NCBI GenBank assembly: GCA_002408725.1
Contig: DHTR01000027.1
Coordinates: 1 to 38,996, forward strand
Reading direction: 5' to 3'
Source: Pelotomaculum sp. UBA5255
GTDB lineage: Bacteria > Bacillota > Desulfotomaculia > Desulfotomaculales > Pelotomaculaceae
DNA: 38,996 nucleotides
The translations under genes were made by a program, and so were the position numbers. The notes below the pieces were generated by a model that made no database searches, had not been told where the DNA came from, and saw only the letters and a list, made by a program, of their open reading frames with translations. Positions 26,362 to 34,800 of this stretch are shown piece after piece; positions within the stretch are counted from its first letter, which is position 1; every line of letters begins with the position of its first letter.

Positions 26362-27915
26362 TTATAGCGGAATATTTCCGTTTTTCTTACCGGGTCTGCT
26401 TTCCCTTTTACCCGGCAGGGCCTCCAGTGCCTGAATCAGGGCCGGGCGGGTTTCCCTCGGGTCAATGACCCGGTCGATGTAGCCCCGCGCGGACGCTACA
26501 TAGGGGTGTGCGATTTTAGTGCAGTACTCTTCTACTTTAATGCTGCGCATGCTCTGTGGATCCGGGGATGAAGCCATTTGTTTCCGGAAGATAATGTCAA
26601 CAGCCCCTTCGGGCCCCATCACGGCTATCTCCGCGGTGGGCCAGGCCAGGGTTATATCTGCACCCAGCGAGCGGGAGCACATGGCAATATAGGCGCCTCC
26701 GTAAGCTTTGCGTAGGACAAGGGTAATTTTGGGCACGCTGGCCTCCGAGTAGGCAAAAAGCAGCTTTGCGCCGTGACGGATAATCCCATCGTGCTCCTGC
26801 CTGACACCGGGCAGATAACCCGGGGTGTCAACAAGGGTGAGCAGGGGGATGTTGAAGGCATTACAAAAACGGATGAACCGGGCGGCCTTATCCGAGGCGT
26901 TTATATCCAGGCATCCCGCCAGCACCTTGGGCTGGTTGGCGACAATACCCACTGCTCTTCCGTTCAGGCGACCGTAGCCGACAACAATATTGGTCGCGTA
27001 GTGCTCCTGTACCTCAAAGAACTTACCATGGTCAAGAATTAAACCAAGGATATCTCTGACCTCGTAGGGTTTGTTGGCTTTACAAGGAATGATTCCCGAC
27101 AGTTCATCGGAACAACGTCCGATTGGGTCGTTACAGGCCAGCCGGGGTGGATCCTCCAGGTTGTTTTGGGGGAGGTAATTGAACAGTTCCTTGAACTGCC
27201 CGAAACAGTCTGCTTCACTACCCGCATAAAAGTGGGCCACGCCGCTGAGCCGGCCGTGGGCTTCAGCACCTCCCAGAACCTCCTGGCTCACCTCTTCACC
27301 GGTAACCGACTTAATCACCTGGGGCCCGGTGATAAACATATTGGACGTGCCCTTGACCATGAAAACAAAATCCGTGAGCGCGGGAGAATAAACAGCCCCA
27401 CCTGCACACGGTCCTAAAATTAGCGAAAACTGGGGTATAACTCCGGATGAATGCGAATTGCGCCTGAATATTTCCCCATAGCCGTTTAAAGCATCCACGC
27501 CTTCCTGGATCCGGGCGCCGCCCGAATCATTCATACCGATCAGAGGAGCGCCGCTTTTCATGGCCAGATCCATCACTTTGCAGATCTTTTTGGCGTGCAT
27601 TTCCCCCAGGGTGCCTCCCACGGCTGTGAAGTCCTGGGAAAAAACATAGACAAGCCTTCCGCCAATGGTGCCGTAACCAGTTACAACACCTTCACCCGGA
27701 ATCTCTGACCTGTCCATGCCAAAATCTGAGCAACGGTGGGTTACAAACTGGTCGAGCTCGACAAAGCTCCCTTCATCCAGCAGTAGGTTCAACCGTTCCC
27801 TGGCGGTTAACTTGCCTGCCTTATGCTGTTTTTGAGTTTGCTTTTCTCCGCCTCCTAAAAGTACCCGCTCTCTTCTTGAGTTTAATAATTTTTGTTTTTC
27901 TTCAATGACTGTCAT
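26362..27915 (-). CDS. mmdA: Methylmalonyl-CoA decarboxylase alpha subunit / acyl-CoA carboxyltransferase (propionyl-CoA carboxylase beta-chain family)
   Basis: 517 aa. Motifs: GKLTARERLNLLLDEGSF.E, GVVTGYGTIGGR.VYVFSQDFT..GG.LGE.HA.KI, NDSGGARIQEG, GPCAGGAVYSPALTDF. All are typical of the carboxyltransferase 12S/MmdA family. Confidence 0.85.
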   Translation of the reverse strand: MTVIEEKQKLLNSRRERVLLGGGEKQTQKQHKAGKLTARERLNLLLDEGSFVELDQFVTHRCSDFGMDRSEIPGEGVVTGYGTIGGRLVYVFSQDFTAVGGTLGEMHAKKICKVMDLAMKSGAPLIGMNDSGGARIQEGVDALNGYGEIFRRNSHSSGVIPQFSLILGPCAGGAVYSPALTDFVFMVKGTSNMFITGPQVIKSVTGEEVSQEVLGGAEAHGRLSGVAHFYAGSEADCFGQFKELFNYLPQNNLEDPPRLACNDPIGRCSDELSGIIPCKANKPYEVRDILGLILDHGKFFEVQEHYATNIVVGYGRLNGRAVGIVANQPKVLAGCLDINASDKAARFIRFCNAFNIPLLTLVDTPGYLPGVRQEHDGIIRHGAKLLFAYSEASVPKITLVLRKAYGGAYIAMCSRSLGADITLAWPTAEIAVMGPEGAVDIIFRKQMASSPDPQSMRSIKVEEYCTKIAHPYVASARGYIDRVIDPRETRPALIQALEALPGKRESRPGKKNGNIPL

Positions 27916-28038
27916 ATGTTGTTCATCTCTCCCGCTTTTTTTCAGGAATGACTTTCTCGCAAAGCTTGAACAAGCCTTACTTTGGATTTCATCAAGCCCA
28001 TTAATTACAAGTCCATTAAAAAATGGATGTCATATTTT

Positions 28039-28067
28039 ATATTAAGAGCGTTGTATACAAAGTGCAA
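28039..28067 (-). promoter_or_regulatory. Candidate promoter of the decarboxylase operon with an embedded perfect palindrome
   Basis: Minus strand: TTGCAC (28067-28062), 17-nt spacer, TAATAT (28044-28039). The spacer contains the 10-bp perfect palindrome TTGTATACAA (28051-28060). The site is about 125 nt upstream of ATG 27915. Confidence 0.4.
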
Positions 28068-28130
28068 TTTATTTACGATATTGTTCTTTCTTTTGTTCTT
28101 AAAGATATGTGAAATAAATCATTTTGTCAG

Positions 28131-28166
28131 CAGTCACTTTACCTGTCGGTAGAGTGACTGTTTTTT
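28131..28166 (+). terminator. Orphan intrinsic-terminator-like hairpin (plus-strand sense)
   Basis: cagtcact (28131-28138) / 14-nt loop / agtgactg (28153-28160), then TTTTTT (28161-28166). No plus-strand gene lies upstream of it. Confidence 0.4.
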
Positions 28167-28269
28167 CTTGCCTTAAGTGACGGTTATCGAGGATAATGGT
28201 TGACATGTGCAGGTATGTGGAATATGCCAATCAGTGAGAAAGGATAAAAAAGAAGAAGAGAGAACCCCA

Positions 28270-28770
28270 ATGGCCCGACAGCCAGGTTCCCTCTTTTCTT
28301 TGGTTTCCAACAAGATGATTGTATTACAAGCAGTAATGGATGTCGAGACTTATCTTGAATTATTTAAAGACGGTTGCCCGGATTCCCTTCGCCCAATGGC
28401 GTGTTCCCACTGCCATGAGCAGTTAATGCTGCACCGGCATGGACATTACGAACGAACGGTATACTTTCTCGAAAATCAGTTTCTTATCGTAGTCTATCGA
28501 TTCAAGTGCCCGAACTGCAACCGTGTTGACGGCCTGCTCCCCTCCTTTGTAGGCAAAAACCAGCAGGCTGCCTGGGATATTCAGGAGACCGTCCTGCGTG
28601 AGCAGGCGGCGGGTGCTTCTTTAGCAAACGCAGCAGAAAATTTGGATGACATACCCGGCGGGCCGTATACCGAAAAAACCTTTTGGCGCTGGGTAAGCAG
28701 ATGGAACAAAGAATTGCCGCGGTGGACTCCCGCAGTTTGGGCGTTTGTACTGGAACGAACCTCGGTTTAA
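28270..28770 (+). CDS. Zinc-ribbon protein, DUF6431-like (a family often found next to or fused with transposases)
   Basis: I prefer ATG 28270 (MARQPGS...); the track start is 28207. Motifs: CSHCHEQLMLHRHGHYERTV....IVVYRFKCPNCNRVDGLLPSFV (CxxC...CxxC plus the hG.Y.R and LLPsF pattern I associate with DUF6431). No transposase catalytic domain follows. Confidence 0.5.
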   Translation: MARQPGSLFSLVSNKMIVLQAVMDVETYLELFKDGCPDSLRPMACSHCHEQLMLHRHGHYERTVYFLENQFLIVVYRFKCPNCNRVDGLLPSFVGKNQQAAWDIQETVLREQAAGASLANAAENLDDIPGGPYTEKTFWRWVSRWNKELPRWTPAVWAFVLERTSV

Positions 28771-29032
28771 CCCCCTAATTTTTGAGTCTGCTCCCCTTAT
28801 TCAGAATTCTGTCCTTGTTTCTTCGTTTAATGCTAAAAAGTAATTTGTCGTGGGTAGCATTGCAATGAATAGGGATTGTTTGCCTTATATGGTAATAAAT
28901 CAAAAAATAAAAATGGAAATACGCCCATAAATTTATGTAATTTGACAATTTTGGTCTGAGAAAGGAGGTTGTTTGCATCAATTGGAGAAATAACAGTTAT
29001 AACTTGCTGGTAGATCTCTCAAGATATATTGA

Positions 29033-30463
29033 ATGATCGATAGCAATAAGGAGGTGGTTTCAATAGATCTAAATGTTAAACTGCTTACTCCTGCCTGGAC
29101 AGGTGATGCAAACGAGAAGTGTAAACGCATCCACGAGACCGGGATCATCGGATCGTTGCGCTGGTGGTTTGAGGTTGTTGCACGTGGTTTAGGTGGATCT
29201 GCCTGTAGCCTTGATAATCACGAATGTTCCTTTGATGAGCAAAAATACAGGTCAATAATGAAAAACAGCTTAGATAAAATGAGAGCGTTATCGAAAGCCG
29301 GGCTCTGTCCGGCGTCCCAAGTTTTTGGTGCTACCGGGTGGAAAAAACGTTTTCAGCTGGATGCGGATAGTAACGAATTGAAAGAGATAATGGAGGAAAG
29401 TCGCTTTTTACCTAGCACGAGGCCTCATAATGGTAATCCCGGAGGGTGGTACATATTACCGGGTATGATTAGTGTCCGGGATAAAAGAAAAGATAAACAC
29501 GGCACTTCAAAGCTTTCTATTCGCTGGTCTGATAAGGACGAATTGAACAAAAACCTCTTGCTTGCGGTTTTCCGGCTCATGGAGAACTGGACAGGTGTCG
29601 GGGCAAAGACTACTAACGGATATGGTGTTTTTAAGGTAGAAAACGAACCTCAAGTAAATTTGCCGGGCTGGAATCCTTTTTTGGATTCCCAAAATACTAT
29701 CGAAAACAAAAACGGCATACTTCCTGAATTGAAAGACTTTTTTTTCAGTGTAATCAGATTTAAGCCCTACGATAACTGGTGGAAAAACTTTAAAGAGATA
29801 CAGGCTTGCTTAAGTAAAACTGTGAATATAGAAGGAGCAACAATAAATATAAGTAGAAGGAATCCCTTAACAAGTGATGACGCACACAAATGGTTGGAAC
29901 ATCAATGTTTTCCGAGCAGTTACATTATTCGCAACTGGTTGAGGTACAGTTGGTCCCACCACCTGGGGCAGGGAACGGAGAGTTTCATCTTTGGTACGGC
30001 GGCTAATGATGTTTGCCCACAATGTTATGAGAGATTGTTTTCAAAAAAAAGTCATTGTGGTGTCATTTTAACTAAAGAGAAAATTTTATCAAAAGTACGA
30101 TCTAAAATTGGGTTATCTCACGCTTATCAACAATCAGGTAACGCAAATGATATTTGGGAATTCAGGCTGTGGGGATATCTGCCTGGTCAAGGAAAACTGG
30201 AGCACCTGAAATTAAAATTAAAAAAGAATGCGGGTACGGGCAAAGGTGAGGATTTTCAAAGAGAAGAATTCTTGGAAAATTTGCAGGAAGCCGTACTGGA
30301 AAACGGCGCTTTATGGTCTTCTGCGGACGGTTTCAAAGCAGTAGGCCGGTGCCAAGGCGTTGTCTGGCGCGAATTCAATTCTTCGCGCGATACCGTTGGA
30401 TTGTCTAGTGATCCCTGGGAATTTTTCAAGAGCCTGGTTAAGGGGGAGGGTCTGTGTTGTTGA
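29033..30463 (+). CDS. cmr1: Type III CRISPR RAMP protein, Cmr1-like (two RAMP halves)
   Basis: N-terminus VKLLTPAWTGDA......ETGIIGSLRWWFEVVARGL (Cmr1-style TP...G...+...i+GsLRwWfR). Also QVFGATGWKKRF, G-rich loop GAKTTNGYGVFKV, and a second half with FIFGTA and a CPQC..HC cluster. The start is uncertain: ATG 29033 has no SD, and a strong AAGGAGGTG lies inside the ORF at 29048-29056. Confidence 0.65.
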   Translation: MIDSNKEVVSIDLNVKLLTPAWTGDANEKCKRIHETGIIGSLRWWFEVVARGLGGSACSLDNHECSFDEQKYRSIMKNSLDKMRALSKAGLCPASQVFGATGWKKRFQLDADSNELKEIMEESRFLPSTRPHNGNPGGWYILPGMISVRDKRKDKHGTSKLSIRWSDKDELNKNLLLAVFRLMENWTGVGAKTTNGYGVFKVENEPQVNLPGWNPFLDSQNTIENKNGILPELKDFFFSVIRFKPYDNWWKNFKEIQACLSKTVNIEGATINISRRNPLTSDDAHKWLEHQCFPSSYIIRNWLRYSWSHHLGQGTESFIFGTAANDVCPQCYERLFSKKSHCGVILTKEKILSKVRSKIGLSHAYQQSGNANDIWEFRLWGYLPGQGKLEHLKLKLKKNAGTGKGEDFQREEFLENLQEAVLENGALWSSADGFKAVGRCQGVVWREFNSSRDTVGLSSDPWEFFKSLVKGEGLCC

Positions 30464-31893
30464 GTGAATATTTCGCAGAAAAATATAAGAATGAGCTGGA
30501 GAATATCAATAAAAAAATTGAGGAATGCCCTTATGAAAAACCAAAGAAAATAACACAGTACTTGAGCAATAACCTTCCTGATATATTATCTGAAAAATCA
30601 TATGATTACGATATTTGGCCAAAGCTTGCCTTTTGGCAAACCTATTTTGAGGTGCAGGCTCAAAAGGACAAAAATAATGAAAAATACAGCAATGCTTTCA
30701 GAGAAATATTTAAATCCGCGCTTTCCCCTGCAAGGAATCAATTACGTACAAAAATAGAGTCCGACTTAGAAAACACATTTAAAAAATTTCAGGAACTACA
30801 CTTAACGGCTTCCCATCATGACCTGTCACTCATGCCACCGTACAGTTTCCTTATCTCCTTTAGTTTTAAATTGCGCAAACCTTATATATCCAGAGATGAT
30901 CAGGATTTCTATGTTATTGACAACCCGGTCAAAAAAGAGTGGGTTTTCAAGCTTCCCTTTGTTGCACCCAGTCAATGGAAGGGATGCCTGCATGCGGCGA
31001 TGGTTAGCCTGCTATGTAAGTGGTGGGATGCTGCCCCTGGCGATGGTGAAATGACTGATGAGTTTGTGGGCCGCCGTCTGGCTTTGGTGCGGCTTTTTGG
31101 TAATGAGTATGGAGTTGATGTAAGTGCAAGTGAATTTAACAATTACCTGGATCAATACGGCGGCCGGGCAGCGGCTGAAATATACCATGACCGCTTAAGA
31201 ACCATGCTAAGGGAAGGACGCAGACGCGGGCGGCTCCATTTTTATCCTACATACTTTAAAAAGATTGATCTTGAAGTGATCAACCGCCATGACCGCGTTA
31301 CCGGCGCTGGTACGGTTCCGGTTTTGTTTGAATGTGTCCCGGAGGGTGAGAAGGGGGAATTTACTATTCTTTATGTTCCCTATGATCTTGTCGGGGCAAA
31401 GGAAGTAAGTGCCCGCACGGAAGCGGCGGAAGACCTGTTGTTACTTGCTGATGGGATTGAATGTCTTTTTACTAATTTCGGGTTTGGCGCTAAGACAGGT
31501 TCGGCGTATGGCCTGGGGGAAGTGTCTAATGATACGAAAAAGGGAGAAATCTTTTTCAATAGCCCAACTGCCGGTACAAAAGAACAAGTTATTAATGTGC
31601 CAATAGAGTTTCAAAAATATCTTGACGAAAACCGGCAGATTCGCGGGGAGTTCCTGGATGAACAGGGTAGGTTTTTGAGCAACAACTCATATCGTAATAC
31701 TTCTCCGGCGGGCGGTGGTTCATTAAATGAGTATAAGAAGTTTAGAACTTGGTATGAGAAAAATAAACTCATATTAAGAAATGGCCAGGAAGAACCGAAG
31801 CCATTCACTTTCCGTACATTCCGGGAACTGAAAGAGGTGGCAGGAGAGTTAGCCGGTTTAATCAGAAGCAGCCAGGAGGGAGGAAAACTGTGA
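30454..31893 (+). CDS. cmr6: Type III CRISPR RAMP protein, Cas7-family (Cmr6 position) with N- and C-terminal extensions
   Basis: AAGGGGGAGGG SD, with GTG/TTG/TTG starts at 30454/30457/30460. Core: FSFKLRKPYISRDDQDFYVIDNPVKKEWVFKLPFVAPSQWKGCLHAAM (RAMP beta1, D.P..+, P.i..S.wKG.l+). Also RLFGNE, GRLHFYPTYF, and G-rich loop FGFGAKTGSAYGLGEV. Confidence 0.6.
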   Translation: MLLSEYFAEKYKNELENINKKIEECPYEKPKKITQYLSNNLPDILSEKSYDYDIWPKLAFWQTYFEVQAQKDKNNEKYSNAFREIFKSALSPARNQLRTKIESDLENTFKKFQELHLTASHHDLSLMPPYSFLISFSFKLRKPYISRDDQDFYVIDNPVKKEWVFKLPFVAPSQWKGCLHAAMVSLLCKWWDAAPGDGEMTDEFVGRRLALVRLFGNEYGVDVSASEFNNYLDQYGGRAAAEIYHDRLRTMLREGRRRGRLHFYPTYFKKIDLEVINRHDRVTGAGTVPVLFECVPEGEKGEFTILYVPYDLVGAKEVSARTEAAEDLLLLADGIECLFTNFGFGAKTGSAYGLGEVSNDTKKGEIFFNSPTAGTKEQVINVPIEFQKYLDENRQIRGEFLDEQGRFLSNNSYRNTSPAGGGSLNEYKKFRTWYEKNKLILRNGQEEPKPFTFRTFRELKEVAGELAGLIRSSQEGGKL

Positions 31894-34800
31894 GCCAGGA
31901 AGATAGCCGGGAAAAAGTACTGAATTTCATCGGAGATGTGAAAAAACACCGCCAGGGAGTACTCTTTGCTTCTGCCGGAGCGCTCCTCCACAATATGGGG
32001 AAGATAAACAGCAAGTTTATACGATACATGATAAATATTGATCCTGTGGGAGAGGATTATGAATACCAGCATATTTGCGGATTGTTTCTGGAAGACGTAA
32101 GGAACAAGAATCTCCGCGTTGACCGTAAAGTGCTGTTAAATAAGGGATACTTAGAACTATATGATCGGCTTGCTGGCTTTACGGTTAACATTGATGCCTT
32201 ATCAGAAGAAACGCGAAATGTAATGAAGCAGGAGATTTCCAGTTTGCCTGTTCCATTTAATGACCGTATTTATCGTATCGGCGATTTGCTTGAGTACCTT
32301 AGCTCCAATTGGTATAAGAAAAACAAAACAACAGAGAGATTAAACTTTAAAGAACTTGGTATTTTTGATTCAACACTGCTAACTCACCTGATGAACTGCT
32401 CTCACCACGGTGCTTCTGGCGGCGAAAAGCAAGATATTTGTACTTCACAACAGGCTTCCAGGCTGTTTATCGCGTCCCCCTTTGGATTTGAAATACCTCT
32501 TGTCGACATTTCAAAAGAATCTGAATGTGATTGCTATGATAAATTAAGGAACAGAGTTGAAGAGATTATTCAAAAGAACTTATCAGAACCGCTTAACCCC
32601 TTTCCAATAATCGGATTTGCACGTGAGTTGCGAGATTTGCTGCAACATGCACTGGGAGACACCCAGCGTCCGATAAACGACGTTACTGTTTGGGATATTG
32701 GTCATTCCGGTATGGCCTTCTTAAAGTCTGCTATTTGGAGTATATACATCAACGACAAGAATAAGAGTTTAACACACGATGATCTTTCTGATTGTAGAGA
32801 ATACCCACGTTGGCGTCTCTGGCGCTGTTCTTTTGACGGCCTTGATTTTTTGACGGGGGCGGTAAGCATTGCGGATCTCAATGTACGACAACGAAAATTT
32901 AAAGAGTACCTTGATGAAGTGCAGTGTTTTTTTGAATTCGCTTTCCCGCTCGGCACGGAAATTTACAGGGATGAGAACGGGAGTATGTTTATTTTCCCTG
33001 ATATAGAGCTTGATAGTATAGAATACAAAGCGGCAGCTGAATTATACAACAGGTCTCTTGTTGAGGCCAGGGGATATGGTATTGGCGAGCATTACTTGGA
33101 TACCGCTATTCAAGAGATTATAAAAAATTCCGGTGCAACACCCAGTACAGCTCTGCCTATGAACTCAATATACGGGATAGTCCCACAAGAAGAATTAGCA
33201 AAAGAGAATTATTATAATCACCCGGAATGTAAAGGTTATGGATGGAAAGTTGAGAAAAGAATCGATGTTAAGTACATTGGTGATCAGGTGAAAGAGTGGA
33301 TCGCAAACCCTGCTGCGGCAAAGCCTGTTGACAGGGTTTGGCAGGCTTATTTTGAAAATCACGCTGGCGTAAATATTCCGGATATTTGTCCTTATTGCGG
33401 TCTTCGCCCGGTTGGAAGCGGCGCTAATATTGTCAAAGATGATAAAAAAGAGTGTGAAAAATATTCTTTCATGGCAAAGCAGCGCAAGATTTGCTGTCCT
33501 TGCCTATTGAAAAGGGATGAAAGCAGTAAGACATGGTGGAATCATAAGAGGTTTAGCACGATTTGGATAGATGAAGTTGCGGACAACAATGGCCGTGTTG
33601 CCTTAGTTGTAGGGGAATTCAATATTGAAAAAATTTTGGACCGGCTTTTTTACCCGTATGACAAAGAAACAGAAAAAGAAATAAAATATAAGCCATACTG
33701 GTTAGATGGATTTCCCAAAGAAAACACGATCTTAAAAATTAAAGATAAGGATTATCATTATGACGGTACATATTTGAACGGTCCAGTTTTGTTTAAAGAG
33801 GACAACCGGAAGTATAAGAAAAATAATATTGATGTTTATAAACTTGATGGAAAAGAAGTAGAACCAACTTTAAAACTTTCATTTGATCATCTGGAAATCC
33901 CGCCTGAAAAACCTGATGAAGTCAGTATTTACCTTGCAGATGACAAACTGCTTGAAAAAGCAAGGGGTATGGATAAAGGGGATGACTGGCTTGTTCTTAT
34001 CAATAAAAAATGCATGTTTATGGGAAAAGAATGGAAAATTTCCGGCCAGCGGAAGCTTACTTATTATGACCCTGACAAAGAGATTATTCATGAATTTGTT
34101 TGTAAGCATTTTTATCTGGAAGCAGAAGAAGGGGCAGTAAAATATTATTTTGAACCAGTAGTAGAACCTATACGCATAAAACCTTCTAACTCCTTCGCCC
34201 GCTTTCGAAGAGTATGGGAAACTACGGCAAATTTCTGGAGGGATATACTACCACCGGAACATAATTATCCCGACATTCAATTATGGAAGAACGCCCTTAA
34301 AAATTCACTAGTTATCAAGAAATGGGATTCTACTTCCTTGCGACGTTTGAAACTGACTCTGCAAATGAATGGCGATAATTTCGCTTTCAGTAAATATCAG
34401 CCCTACGAGTTGGTAGGGAAAGGATTTAAATGCAGCCTTGTTTTTTTGAAAACAGATGGACAAAAGAAGCATGAATTTGTCACAATTGAAAATTTGGGTT
34501 ATATAGCCAGTCAGCTTGGGGTTAAAGAAAAAAATATTGCCGACCCGGCTGGTCTTGTAAAAAATATTTTGGAAAAACAGTCAAGGGACACCAAGTTCCA
34601 GATTGAAGAGACCACCGGCTACGGCAGCCCGAATAAAATCCGGGGAAATGCTGTTCTCGTAGAGGTTTCTTATGATAGCGAGAGTTTTTGGCCGTTCATC
34701 CCGATCCTGGCGGAACCACGGGTTTTTGCTGCCCTAGTGCCTGGAGAAAAAGCCTTAGATATTGTTAAGGAGATCAAAAAAAAGTATGAGAAGGAAATGG

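Noticed and set aside
28775-28981. 68-aa minus-strand ORF in the gap between the zinc-ribbon gene and cmr1-like gene.
   Set aside because: It lies in very AT-rich DNA where random ORFs are expected. Its composition is Phe/Tyr/Ile/Asn/Lys-biased, and it has no SD and no motif. The region more likely holds the cas operon promoter.
27916-29032. Searched for a CRISPR array or a solitary repeat/leader upstream of the cas operon (and likewise in 38244-38996).
   Set aside because: I could not find any 25-40-nt unit recurring at regular spacing on either strand. Only isolated hairpins and palindromes are present. Reading by eye could miss a single degenerate repeat.
33978-33986. KGDD (G697-D698-D699, in ..GMDKGDDWLVLINKK..) as the Cas10 GGDD cyclase motif.
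   Set aside because: It lies before the SR-type helix and inside the first insertion, so it is out of order relative to the Cas10 Palm2 topology (DxD strand, SR helix, GGDD hairpin, SaG strand). I treat it as coincidental, but a structure model should confirm this.
33883-34140. 85-aa alternate-frame ORF (and antisense 33879-34109) inside cas10.
   Set aside because: It lies within the AT-rich insertion of cas10, where stop codons in the other frames are depleted by chance over short spans. It has no SD, and the main frame is continuous and collinear with Cas10 motifs on both sides.
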